Below are positions 27,229 to 39,768 of a stretch of DNA of 64,000 bases, piece after piece. The DNA comes from Eledone cirrhosa (lineage: Eukaryota), in assembly GCA_964016885.1 (NCBI GenBank), contig OZ024742.1, positions 45,198,001-45,262,000 on the forward strand, read 5' to 3'. The notes under the pieces were generated by a model that made no database searches, was not told the DNA's origin, and saw only the letters and a list, made by a program, of their open reading frames with translations. The position numbers and the translations under genes were made by a program. Numbering within the stretch: position 1 is the first letter of the stretch; each line of letters opens with the position of its first letter.

Positions 27229-27413
27229 GGTTGGATTGGCAGTATTGGTAGAGGGTCGGACGCCATGCTTTGACGTATAGAGTTACAGCCCTGTCATTCT
27301 AAGTTCAAATCCCACCAAGGTTAACTTTGCCTTTCATCCTTACGGGGTCAATAAAATAAAGTACAAGTAATGCACTGGGTAATTGCTGGCCTTGTGCCTA
27401 ACGTAGAAACAAT
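27229..27413 (+). mobile_element. tRNA-derived SINE family 2 (other copies or fragments at 4695-4790, 5340-5517, 27712-27828, 47730-47828, 63961-64000)
   Basis: A box TGGCAGTATTGG, B box GTTCAAATCC, core CTTTGCCTTTCATCCTTACGGGGTC(G/A)ATAAAATAAAGTAC. Confidence 0.85.
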
Positions 27414-27456
27414 TATATATATATTATATATATATATATATATAAATATTATATAT

Positions 27457-27538
<82 letters not shown>

Positions 27539-27549
27539 TATATATATAT

Positions 27550-27593
<44 letters not shown>

Positions 27594-27922
27594 ATATATA
27601 TTATATATATATCTTATATATATATATAAACCCATGCGAGCGTGGAATATGGACGTTAAACGAAGATGATGATGATGATATATTATATATATATATATAT
27701 ATATATCTTAGATCTGAGTTCAAATCCCGCCGAGGTTGACTTTGCCTTTCATCCTTACGGGGTCGATAAAATAAAGTACCAGTAATGCACTGGGTAATTG
27801 CTGGCCTTGTGCCTAAAGTAGAAACAATTATATATATATATATATATATTATATATTTATATATATATATATATATTATATATATATATATATTTCATAT
27901 ATATATATATATACATATATTT

Positions 27923-29091
27923 CAAGACAAAGACTAAGGTCCTTGTAAGTAGACGAGAAAACAGAACCCAGATCCCCTCAGGGAAATGGCCTTGCTCAGT
28001 ATGTAGGAAAGGTGTAGGTAGGAACTCCATTCTCTGCCCCAAATGCAAACAATGGGTACACAAGAGATGTAGCGGGATCTCAGGAAGCTTAATTAAGAAT
28101 GTAGGATTCACATGCAGCAGCTGTACTGGGACAGCAAGCAGCAAACAGCCACAGGAAACAAGTACCACCAATCTCTGGGAGGGCCCTGTAGAAACAGTAG
28201 ACAGCTTCTGCTACCTAGGTGACCGAATTAGCAACGGAGGTGGGTGCTCAGAAAGTACAATAACTAGGGTAAGAACGGGATGGAAGAAGTTTAGGGAACT
28301 ACTACCACTGCTAGCTGCAAAAGGCTTCTCCCTCAGAATGAAAGGCAGACTGGATGATGTGTGTATCTGAACAGCGATGTTGCATGGTAGTGAGACCTGG
28401 GCGCTGAAGGTGGAAGACTTACGTAGATTAGAGAGAAACGAAGCCTGCATGCTCCGATGGATGTGTAACAGTAATATACGTGAACGACAACGCATAAAGG
28501 AATTGAGAGAGAGACTGAGCATAAGAGGAATCAAATGCTGCGTGCAGGAGAGGCGGTTACGCTGGTATGGACATGTGATGCGTATGAAGGATGACAGCTG
28601 CATAAAAAGGTGCAGAGCACTAGAGGTTGATGGAAACCGCGGAGTGGGGAGACCCAAGATGACTTGGGATGAGGTGATAAAAGCCGACCTTACCCAACTA
28701 CACCTCTCAAAGACAATGACACACGACCGTGACTTCTGGCGTCACGCAGTAATACAGGGTACCCGACCTCCCATGGGTACATGCTGAAGCATATAAACAA
28801 TATGCCCCCACTCCCCCCACCGCAAGGTGGTCGTGGAGGTGCCACGGCAAAAAAGCACCCAGCCCACACTGTAAAGTGGACGTGTAGGCGCCACGAAAAA
28901 GCACCCAGCACTCACTGTAAATGAGGTTGGTGTTAGGAAGGGCATCCAGCTGTAGAAATCAAGCCAGATCAGTTCCTGTATGAGCAAGGCATGGGTCAGC
29001 CGACCAGACACTGCCCACAACAGGACAACCCGTCTAACCCATGCTAGCGTGGAAGAACGGACGTAAAACGGTGATGATGATGGTGATGATG
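27923..29091 (+). mobile_element. RTE LINE family A, 5'-truncated
   Basis: Near-identical to the 3' 1.2 kb of the intact element; premature stop; (ATG)n tail. Confidence 0.95.
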
Positions 29092-29126
29092 ATTTCATAT
29101 ATTCATTTCATTTCATTCATTTCATA

Positions 29127-29765
29127 TTTACGGCCACTTTTCCTTGCTTGCAAGGGTGGGACGGAAACTGATTCTGGCTTGATTTCTACAGCTGGATGCC
29201 CTTCCTAACACCAACTTCATTTACAGTGAGTGCTGGGTGCTTTTTTTCCATGGCGCCTACACGTCCACTTTACAGTGGAATGATAGGGACCCCAGTCCCT
29301 ATCATCTCATTTCTACAGCTGAGTAAACTGGAGCAATGTGAAATAAAGTGTCGTGCTCAAGGAAACAATACATCACCCGGTCTGAGAATTGAACTCACAA
29401 CCTTTCGATTGCAAGGCCAATGCTCTAACCACTAAGCCATGTGCCTCCATAGCACTGGCCTTGCAATCGAAAGGTTCTGAGTTCAATTCTCAGACCGGGT
29501 GATGTGTTGTTTCCTTGAGCAAGACACTTTATTTCACATTGCTCCAGTTTACTCAGCTGTAGAAATGAGATGATAGGGACTGGGGTCCCTATCATTCCAC
29601 TGCAAAGTGGTCGTGGAGGTGCCACGGCAAAAAAGCACCCAGCACTCACTGTAAATGAAGTTGGTGTTAGGAAGGGCATCCAGCTGTAGAAATCAAGCCA
29701 GAATCAGTTCCCGTCCCACCCTTGCAAGCAGGGAAAAAGCGGACGTAAAATGAAATGATGAAATG
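29127..29765. mobile_element. Head-to-head inverted pair of SINE family 1 copies
   Basis: Minus copy 29127-29448 abuts a 5'-truncated plus copy 29451-29765. Confidence 0.9.
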
Positions 29766-30073
29766 AAATTATATATATATATATATATATTTTATATATA
29801 TATATATTTTATATATATATATATTTTATATATATATATATTTTATATATATATGTTATATATATATATATTATATATATATATATATTTTATATATATA
29901 TATGATATATATATATATATTTTATATATATATATTATATATATATATATATTTTATATATATATATATTTTATATATATACATTATATATATATATATA
30001 TATATTTTATATATATATATATTTTATATATATATATTATATATATATATATATTTTATATATATATATATTT

Positions 30074-30107
<34 letters not shown>

Positions 30108-30167
30108 ATATATTTTATATATATATATATTTTATATATATATATATATATTATATATATATATATA

Positions 30168-31820
30168 TCATCATCATCATCATCATCATTTTACGTCCGC
30201 TTTTCCCTGCTTGCAAGGATGGGACGGGTCTTATTCAGCACAGCATCTCTCCACTCGTCACGGTCCCTCCTCATCTCCACCGTGAGCTTCAATGATCTGT
30301 GGTCTGTTCTCACCACCTCCGCCCATGTTTTTAGTGGTCTACCTCTACCATGTCTTCCTTCAACTGGCATTTCCTGGCACTTCTTCACCCATCGGTCATC
30401 CTCCATGCGCATCACATGTCCATACCACCTCAGTCTCCTCTCCCGTACACTACATTCTATCTCTCTCAGACAGAGTTTCTCTCTCAACACATTTATGCTG
30501 GGTCGTTCACGCACATTTACAGTGCACATCCAACGGAGCAGGCTTGCCTCATTTCTCTCCAGCCGTCGCATATCCTCTGCAGTTGCTGCCCATGTCTCAC
30601 TACCATGCAGCATCGCGCTCCTCACACAGGCATCATACAACCGACCTTTCGTATGCAGGGAGAAACCCTTCTTCGTCAACAGAGGAAGCAGTTCCCTAAA
30701 CTTCTTCCAACCCATCCTTATTCTAGATACTATGGCCTCGGAACACCCTCCTCCCATGCTAATCTGATCTCCTAGGTACCGGAAGCTATCCACCACTTCT
30801 ATAACGCCCTCTTGCATTTGAAAAATGTGTCTATGAATGCGACTTCTACTGTCTAATTTCCCTGTACATCTACTGCATACATATTTCTCCCTACCTGTTA
30901 GTTTGCCTGCTATCCTACTACATCTCTTGTGTACCCAGGATCTGCATTGTGTGCATTTTATAGAATTTATGCCAGTTCCTTTTCTGCATATCGAACATGG
31001 CCATTTCCCTGACGGAATCAGGGTTTTGTCCTCTTTTCTACTCATCAACACTTTTGTCTTAGCTAGATTCACTCTCAGTCCTCTTGCTTCCAACTGCTGT
31101 TTCCATAGCCAGAATTTATTCTCTAGCTCCTCTACTGATTCTGCTATAAGAACCAGATCGTCAGCATAGAGAAGTTCCCATGGACAGCCAGTTTTAAACT
31201 CCTCTGTTATGGCTTAGAGGACTATAATGAACAAGAGCGGGCTGAGGACCGAACCCTGATGTACTCCTACTTGTATCTGGAATTCCTCACTAAACTCCAT
31301 TCCTACCCTGACTTTACTGAGAGTACCTCTGTACAAAGTTTGCACTGTCCTCACAAGCCATTCCTCAACACCTAGCTTCCTTAGGGACCACCAGATGACA
31401 GATCGGGGTATCCTATCAAAGGCCTTCTCTAGGTCAACAAAGGCTAAGTATAGTGGCTTATTCTTCTCTAAGAACCTCTCTTGCAATTGTCTCACCAAGA
31501 AGAGGGCATCTGTTGTACTCTTCCCAGGCACAAAACCAAACTGCATCTCATCTAGTTTGACCCTTTCTCTAATTAGTTGTGCTAAAATCCTTTCTGCCAC
31601 TTTCATAACCTGATCTATCAGTTTTATACCCCTATAATTGCTCCTCTCCAAAGCATCCCCTTTACCTTTGTAGCAATTTATGAGAATACTGCTGCACCAC
31701 CATATATAGCCTGATTGATGATGCGTGCAACCAGTTTAGTGCCTACGTCCCCTGATGCCTTCAGCTTCTCAGCAACTATTCCCGATGGTCCGGCCGCCTT
31801 ACCATTTTTCATTTCCCTAA
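30168..31820 (-). mobile_element. RTE LINE family C, 5'-truncated (ORF runs into the tail, essentially no 3' UTR)
   Basis: NYRGIKL, VDLEKAFD, QGSVLSP, YADD, PHD-like finger; ends RPILASREKRT* then (ATG)n. Confidence 0.93.
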
Positions 31821-31836
31821 TATATATATATATATA

Positions 31837-33330
31837 ATCTACGAAGGTATTTTAGCCTACATATTGTCGTTAATATTATGATGTTCCCTGCTGTATTAGC
31901 GTTAAATTTTCCCTGCTGTATTAGCGATAAATTTTCGAGGGTTTCTCTTAGTAACTTTTTCATGTCGTTAATATTATGATGTTCCCTGCTGTATTAGCGT
32001 TAAATTTTCCCTGCTGTATTAGCGATAAATTTTCGAGGGTTTCTCTTAGTAGCTTTTTCATGTCGTTAATATTATGATGTTCCCTGCTGTATTAGCGTTA
32101 AATTTTCCCTGCTGTATTAGCGATAAATTTTCGAGGGTTTCTCTTAGTAGCTTTTTCATGTCGTTAATATTATGATGTTCCCTGCTGTATTAGCGTTAAA
32201 TTTTCCCTGCTGTATTAGCGATAAATTTTCGAGGGTTTCTCTTAGTAGCTTTTTTCATGACGTTATTATTGTTAATTTTACTGATGTAGTATTAACTTAT
32301 TAACTTGGATATTTACCATGCGGTATTCTAATCCTATTGTATCTCTCTCAGTTATTTACCATGCGACCCTCAGTTCCTACCCCCCCCCCCCCCTCTATGC
32401 ACTTCTTTAAGGCTTACTACCCTGTCTTTAACCTAATTCATTCAATCTGAAAATATTGAAGAGATAAGACACTTTGCCATTCTTCTCTGCTAAAATGTAC
32501 CACTGAGCTGATTCAAATTTTCCCAGCCAGCCATCCACCTAATCTACGAAGGTATTTTAGCCTACATATTGTCGTTAATATTATGATGTTCCCTGCTGTA
32601 TTAGCGTTAAATTTTCCCTGCTGTATTAGCGATAAATTTTCGAGGGTTTCTCTTAGTAGCTTTTTCATGTCGTTAATATTATGATGTTCCCTGCTGTATT
32701 AGCGTTAAATTTTCCCTGCTGTATTAGCGATAAATTTTCGAGGGTTTCTCTTAGTAGCTTTTTTCATGACGTTATTATTGTTAATTTTACTGATGTAGTA
32801 TTAACTTATTAACTTGGATATTTACCATGCGGTATTCTAATCCTATTGTATCTCTCTCAGTTATTTACCATGCGACCCTCAGTTCCTACCCCCCCCCCCC
32901 CCCTCTATGCACTTCTTTAAGGCTTACTACCCTGTCTTTAACCTAATTCATTCAATCTGAAAATATTGAAGAGATAAGACACTTTGCCATTCTTCTCTGC
33001 TAAAATGTACCACTGAGCTGATTCAAATTTTCCCAGCCAGCCATCCACCTAATCTACGAAGGTATTTTAGCCTACATATTGTCGTTAATATTATGATGTT
33101 CCCTGCTGTATTAGCGTTAAATTTTCCCTGCTGTATTAGCGATAAATTTTCGAGGGTTTCTCTTAGTAGCTTTTTCATGTCGTTAATATTATGATGTTCC
33201 CTGCTGTATTAGCGTTAAATTTTCCCTGCTGTATTAGCGATAAATTTTCGAGGGTTTCTCTTAGTAGCTTTTTTCATGACGTTATTATTGTTAATTTTAC
33301 TGATGTAGTATTAACTTGGATATTTACCAT
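31837..33330 (+). repeat. Higher-order tandem repeat at the 5' end of the intact RTE: ~510-bp monomers with 98-bp subunits (4+2+2)
   Basis: AATCTACGAAGG restarts at ~31837, 32541, 33051; 98-bp subunits at 31866/31964/32062/32160, 32571/32669, 33081/33179. Confidence 0.92.
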
Positions 33331-33592
33331 GCGACCCTCAGTTCCTACCTCACAATTTCCCTCCCCCCCACCCCCACACACCACCATAGTCTATTCGACC
33401 AATCAAACCTAGCATGCCATTTCCACTGCTGCTGCTGCTACTACCTGCCTAACTAACTCTCTCCTCCTCTGGCGCATCCCAACACACCCTGCCATTACCC
33501 CACCACCACTGTCCTTCTAGCCCTCAATTTTCCCACCGTTAGGGATGGATGAGCTGGGAATACACGAGCAACTCTGAATCAATAGATGAAAT

Positions 33593-36500
33593 ATGAATCT
33601 GCGAGCTACCAAGCACCCACGTGAAGCGCCAACCCAGAGACCCTCCCCTACGAGTGTCGACAAATGCCCAAAACTCCGAGTTGGTACCATCAATGTAGGC
33701 TCAATGAAAGGAAGAGCAGGAGAAATCGTAGAAATGCTAGAGCGAAAGGAAGTTGATGTATGCTGTGTGCAAGAGACTAGATGGAGAGGAGGGTCTGCTA
33801 GAGTCCTTGTAGGAAAAAGCCAGTGCTACAAATTTTTCTGGGTGGGAAATGACGATGGGATGGGTGGTGTAGGTATACTATTAGCTGACAAGTGGGTAGA
33901 TAAAGTAATCTCAGTGTACAGGGTAAATGCAAGAATCATTAAACTCAGACTAGTCCTGAATAAGACAATTACCACAATAATATCAGCTTACGCACCCCAA
34001 TCGGGGCTGCCAGACGAACTTAAGGATAGGTTTTACGAGTCCCTAATACACACTACTGCTCTAACAGACGACAAGGACTTCCTAATCATTGCAGGAGATT
34101 TTAACGGACACGTAGGTAAACACTGCGACGGCTTCAATAGAGTACATGGAGGCCATGGAGTTGGCACAAGGAATGAGGAAGGATTCAGACTTCTAGAATT
34201 CTGCGACGCCAATGACATGTCGATATGTAACACAAACTTTAAAAAACCCGACAACCACCTGATCACCTATAGATCAGGGGAGCACTCTAGTCAGTTAGAT
34301 TTTATCCTCATCAGAGGACGTGACAGATGGACGGTCGTAAACACAAAAGCCTTCCCTAGTGAGGAATGTACATCCCAACATAGCTTAGTTGTCAGCGACC
34401 TCACGGTCAGAACTAGACGAGCCCTGAAACAGAGGCCAACCTGGAGAAGAAAGATCTGGAAGCTGAAAGTCCCCTCAACCAGTAACAGATTTAAAGATAT
34501 TTTACTCAACGCCTACGACAGTAAAGAAGAACAGATAGAGACATTTAACGTAGAAGAGAACTGGGAGTTCCTAAAAAATAACTTACTAGAGGCGACGGAT
34601 GAGGTTTGTGGCTGGAGTAAGACCTCAAGCAGGAGGAGAGTGACTTGGTGGTGGAACAATAAGGTAGATGAAGCAGTCAAGGCCAAGAGACAGGCATGGA
34701 AAGAATGGAAGAACGGGGGGAGCAGGGTACATTACATAGAGACCAAGAGGGAAGCTAGGCGACAAGTATACTTAGCTAGGAGGGAAGCAGAGGATAGAAA
34801 ATTCAAGCATGTTTTACAACGTGAGGACCAGAAACAGGAGGTATTCAAGATTGCGAGGCAGTGTGTCAGAGATAGTTGTGATGTCATTGGAGAGAAGTGT
34901 ATCCGGAATGATAAAGGTGAGCTTGCCCTCACAAGTGCTGAGAAGAAAGATGCATGGAAGAGTCATTATGATAGATTACTAAATGAGGAGAATGCATGGG
35001 AAGAAGAGACCCTACCCCACGTAGACCCTATAGAGGGACCAGCAGTACAAGTCAGCGGCAGCGTAGTAAGTAAGGCAATCAGAGATATGAAGATAGGGAA
35101 GGCAACCGGTCCATCGGGTATAGCTGCCGAGATGCTGAAGGCATCTGGGTCTGTAGGTCACACTATAACCACACGTATCGTTAACCAGGTAATACTAGAG
35201 GGGGCCATACCAAAAGATTGGTGCAGTAGCATCATTGTCAACTGCTACAAAGGTAAAGGCGATGCACTAGATAGAGGAAACTATAGAGGTATAAAGTTGA
35301 TGGACCAGGTCATGAAAGTAACAGAAAGAGTTATAGCACAGCTGATTAGGGACCGGGTGAATATAGACGAGATGCAATTTGGGTTTGTTCCAGGGAAAGG
35401 CACCACTGATGCGCTCTTCCTTGTGAGGCAATTACAGGAAAAGTACCTAGCTAAAAGTAAGCCACTCTACTTGGCATTTGTCGACCTTGAGAAAGCCTTT
35501 GACAGAGTTCCACGTGCAGTAATCTGGTGGGCTCTTAGAAAACTAGGAGTAGATGAATGGCTTGTGAAAGCGGTACAAGCCATGTATAGGGGAGCAGTCA
35601 GCAAAGTTAGGATTGGCAATGAGTATAGCGAGGAATTTAGCGTACAGGTTGGGGTCCACCAGGGCTCTGTTCTTAGCCCTCTCCTGTTCATCATAGTCCT
35701 GCAGGCAATAACGGAGGAGTTTAAGACCGGATGCCCATGGGAACTCCTGTATGCTGATGACCTCGCACTCATAGCTGAATCTATGGTAGAACTAGAGAAT
35801 AAATTCCAAACCTGGAAGCAGGGACTAGAGAGAAAGGGCCTCAAAGTCAACATGACAAAGACTAAGGTCCTTATAAGTAGACGAGAAAACAGAACCCAGA
35901 TCCCCTCAGGGAAATGGCCTTGCTCAGTATGTAGGAAAGGTGTAGGTAGGAACTCCATTCTTTGCCCCAAATGCAAACAATGGGTACACAAGAGATGTAG
36001 CGGGATCTCAGGAAGCTTAATTAAGAATGTAGGATTCACATGCAGCAGCTGTGCTGAAACAGCAAGCAAACAGCCACAGGAAACAAGTACCACCAATCTC
36101 TGGGAGGGCCCTGTAGAAACAGTAGACAGCTTCTGCTACCTAGGTGACCGAATTAGCAACGGAGGTGGGTGCTCAGAAAGTACAATAACTAGGGTAAGAA
36201 CGGGATGGAAGAAGTTTAGGGAACTACTACCACTGCTAGCTGCAAAAGGCTTCTCCCTCAGAATGAAAGGCAGACTGTATGATGCGTGTATCCGAACAGC
36301 GATGTTGCATGGTAGTGAGACCTGGGCGCTGAAGGTGGAAGACTTACGTAGATTAGAGAGAAACGAAGCCTGCATGCTCCGATGGATGTGTAACAGTAAT
36401 ATACGTGAACGACAAAGCATAAATGAATTGAGAGAGAGACTGAGCATAAGAGGAATCAAATGCTGCGTGCAGGAGAGGCGGTTACGCTGGTATGGACATG

Positions 36501-36712
36501 TGATGCGTATGAAGGATGACAGCTGCATAAAAAGGTGCAGAGCACTAGAAGTTGATGGAAACCGCGGAGTGGGGAGACCCAAGATGACTTGGGATGAGGT
36601 GATAAAAGCCGACCTTACCCAACTACACCTCTCAAAGTCAATGACACACGACCGTGACTTCTGGCGTCACGCAGTAATACAGGGTACCCGACCTCCCATG
36701 GGTACATGCTGA
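33593..36712 (+). CDS. RTE polyprotein, 1039 aa: APE endonuclease, reverse transcriptase, PHD-like C4HC3 finger
   Basis: GTINVG, VQETRW, AYAPQ, AGDFNGH, SQLDFI, SQHSLV; NYRGIKL, VDLEKAFD, QGSVLSP, YADD; CSVC..CPKC..H..C..CSSC; uninterrupted. Confidence 0.97.
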   Translation: MNLRATKHPREAPTQRPSPTSVDKCPKLRVGTINVGSMKGRAGEIVEMLERKEVDVCCVQETRWRGGSARVLVGKSQCYKFFWVGNDDGMGGVGILLADKWVDKVISVYRVNARIIKLRLVLNKTITTIISAYAPQSGLPDELKDRFYESLIHTTALTDDKDFLIIAGDFNGHVGKHCDGFNRVHGGHGVGTRNEEGFRLLEFCDANDMSICNTNFKKPDNHLITYRSGEHSSQLDFILIRGRDRWTVVNTKAFPSEECTSQHSLVVSDLTVRTRRALKQRPTWRRKIWKLKVPSTSNRFKDILLNAYDSKEEQIETFNVEENWEFLKNNLLEATDEVCGWSKTSSRRRVTWWWNNKVDEAVKAKRQAWKEWKNGGSRVHYIETKREARRQVYLARREAEDRKFKHVLQREDQKQEVFKIARQCVRDSCDVIGEKCIRNDKGELALTSAEKKDAWKSHYDRLLNEENAWEEETLPHVDPIEGPAVQVSGSVVSKAIRDMKIGKATGPSGIAAEMLKASGSVGHTITTRIVNQVILEGAIPKDWCSSIIVNCYKGKGDALDRGNYRGIKLMDQVMKVTERVIAQLIRDRVNIDEMQFGFVPGKGTTDALFLVRQLQEKYLAKSKPLYLAFVDLEKAFDRVPRAVIWWALRKLGVDEWLVKAVQAMYRGAVSKVRIGNEYSEEFSVQVGVHQGSVLSPLLFIIVLQAITEEFKTGCPWELLYADDLALIAESMVELENKFQTWKQGLERKGLKVNMTKTKVLISRRENRTQIPSGKWPCSVCRKGVGRNSILCPKCKQWVHKRCSGISGSLIKNVGFTCSSCAETASKQPQETSTTNLWEGPVETVDSFCYLGDRISNGGGCSESTITRVRTGWKKFRELLPLLAAKGFSLRMKGRLYDACIRTAMLHGSETWALKVEDLRRLERNEACMLRWMCNSNIRERQSINELRERLSIRGIKCCVQERRLRWYGHVMRMKDDSCIKRCRALEVDGNRGVGRPKMTWDEVIKADLTQLHLSKSMTHDRDFWRHAVIQGTRPPMGTC

Positions 36713-37013
36713 AGCATATAAACAATATGCCCCCCCCCCCCCCACCGCAAGGTGGTCGTGGAGGTGCCACGGCAAAAAAGCACCCAGCCCACACTGTAAA
36801 GTGGACGTGTAGGCGCCACGAAAAAGCACCCAGCACTCACTGTAAATGAGGTTGGTGTTAGGAAGGGCATCCAGCTGTAGAAATCAAGCCAGATCAGTTC
36901 CTGTATGAGCAAGGCATGGTCAGCCGACCAGACACTGCCCACAACAGGACAACCCGTCTAACCCATGCTAGCGTGGAAGAACGGACGTAAAACGGTGATG
37001 ATGATGATGATGA

Positions 37014-37056
<43 letters not shown>

Positions 37057-37072
37057 ATATTATATATATATA

Positions 37073-37114
<42 letters not shown>

Positions 37115-37256
37115 TAATATATACATATAATATATATATATAATATATACATATAATATATATATATATAATATATATATATATATATAATATATATATA
37201 TAATATATATATATAATATATATATATATTTATATATAATATATATATATAATATA

Positions 37257-37338
<82 letters not shown>

Positions 37339-37653
37339 ATATATATATTATATATAATATATATATATACGCTCCACATATGACTTATTATGTTCGTTTT
37401 TTCGTTCATTGCCAGAGAACATCTCTATGCACCACCTAAGAGAACATTAGTCTACGACTTCTTTTATACCATAAACGTGGTTCTGTCTTTGCGTGTAATT
37501 GCTTTTCACCGCTCCTATTAATGACGTATTATTCGTTTTTTCCCGTTCTTTGCCAGCGAACGTTTCCACGAACCAAAGTATCGTCTTCCTGTCTTCCTCC
37601 GGTTGCAACGTTTTTTGAAATATCCAGTTCTGCGTTTACAGATTGACTTTGTT

Positions 37654-37704
37654 AGTTTCAGAAGATCCCGTTAAGGGTGAAAGCAGCGATTCTTTGCTTA
37701 AACT
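37654..37704 (+). ncRNA. Type I hammerhead-like motif with variant core CAGAAGA
   Basis: AGTTT CAGAAGA T CCC-gttaa-GGG T GAA AGCA-gcgattctt-TGCT T AAACT; outer pairing ACAGATT/AATCTGT. Confidence 0.7.
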
Positions 37705-37801
37705 TTAATCTGTTATTTTAATTAATATATATATATAATATATACATATAATATAATATATATATATATATATATATAATATGTATATATAATATATATA
37801 T

Positions 37802-38058
<257 letters not shown>

Positions 38059-38198
38059 ATATATATAATATATACATATAATATATATATATAATATATA
38101 CATATAATATATATATATAATATATATATATATATATTATATATATATATAATATATATATATAATATATATATATTTATATATAATATATATATATA

Positions 38199-38242
<44 letters not shown>

Positions 38243-38245
38243 TAT

Positions 38246-38287
<42 letters not shown>

Positions 38288-38333
38288 ATATATATATATA
38301 TATATATATTATATATAATATATATATATATAT

Positions 38334-38424
<91 letters not shown>

Positions 38425-38859
38425 ATATATATATAATATATATATATAATATATATATATAATATATACATATAATATATTATATATAATATATATATTA
38501 TATATAATATATATATATAATATATATATATAATATATACATATAATATATTATATATAATATATATATTATATATAATATATATGGGATCAAAGATGTT
38601 TCAATGACTTGAAATATAATGAGATTTGTGTTCCACTTACCTTGAAGATGGGACACTGACAGGCGAAGCATTTGTATTAATATTATCGACACACAGGTAC
38701 ACTCTGAAATTATCATAAAAAAAAGTAAATGTCATTAGAATAATGCACGTATACACTCATATATATATATATATATATATATAACGAAGGAAATGTGGTA
38801 AGGAACCAAGTGGACCATAACACACCAAAGTACTCAATACTTAGGGTAGTAGAGTGGGT

Positions 38860-38939
38860 AATAGGAACGAGTAGGACCCCGACGGCTGAGCTCAAGCCGT
38901 TTCGACAGCTTGAGCTCAGCCGTCGGGGTCCTACTCGTT

Positions 38940-38944
<5 letters not shown>
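38860..38944. repeat. Perfect fold-back (~37-bp arms) built from the 3' half of a hammerhead
   Basis: ATAGGAACGAGTAGGACCCCGACGGCTGAGCTCAAGC and its reverse complement; minus strand reads GAAACGGCT-tgagctc-AGCCGTC-gggg. Confidence 0.85.
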
Positions 38945-38999
<55 letters not shown>

Positions 39000-39000
<1 letters not shown>

Positions 39001-39278
39001 TCATCATTATCATCATCATCATCATTTTACGTCCGCTTTTCCCTGCTTGCAAGGATGGGACGGGAACTGATTCTGGCTTGATTTCTACAGCTGGATGCCC
39101 TTCCTAACACCAACCTCATTTACAGTGAGTGCTGGGTGCTTTTTTGCCGTGGCACCTCCACGACCACTTTGCAGTGGAATGATAGGGACCCCAGTCCTTA
39201 TCATCTCATTTCTACAGCTGAGTAAACTGGAGCAATGTGAAATAAAGTGTCTTGCTCACGGAAACAACACATCACCCG
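39000..39278 (-). mobile_element. SINE family 1, head-truncated
   Basis: Matches the other family 1 copies; (ATG)n tail. Confidence 0.9.
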
Positions 39279-39561
39279 TGTGTGTAAGATAGAAACACAG
39301 AGAAGAAAGGATATTAAGGAGAGAGAAGAAAAGGAAAGACAGACCACAGCAAAAACGAAAAAGACCTGTTGAGAACAGAAAAGAAATCATGAGTAGTATA
39401 CTTGTATATATATATATATATATATATATAATGTAGGAGGTGAGTTTTATTGTAGTACAATAATGCAATGCAGATATCGGATAAGAAGCACTCTACAGTT
39501 TGTAGGACTGGAGTATACATAATATATAAGATCAAAAGATGGTTAAAGGAGTTCCATGTAT

Positions 39562-39626
39562 TTTATTATGCGCATTTCAAAAACAAACATCATCATGCAA
39601 TAATATTTGTGTTTTCATCAGATAAA
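39562..39626 (-). ncRNA. Hammerhead motif, left arm of inverted duplication 39521-39809
   Basis: Reverse complement of 39704-39768. Confidence 0.75.
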
Positions 39627-39703
39627 ACAGGAGGACATGATATGAAGGCTAAAAAACACTTGTGGATAGTGCAGTTTTAAATCAACATATATATGTCCTC
39701 CTG

Positions 39704-39768
39704 TTTATCTGATGAAAACACAAATATTATTGCATGATGATGTTTGTTTTTGAAATGCGCATAATAAA
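39704..39768 (+). ncRNA. Minimal type I hammerhead with palindromic stem III (ATGCGCAT)
   Basis: TTTAT CTGATGA AAACACAAATA...TGTTTGTTTTT GAA ATGCGCAT A ATAAA. Confidence 0.75.

Larger units (their letters stand above)
31837..37016 (+). mobile_element. Putative full-length RTE-clade LINE (family A) inserted in (TA)n
   Basis: (TA)n on both sides, single intact ORF, 3' UTR, (GAT)n tail. Confidence 0.88.
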
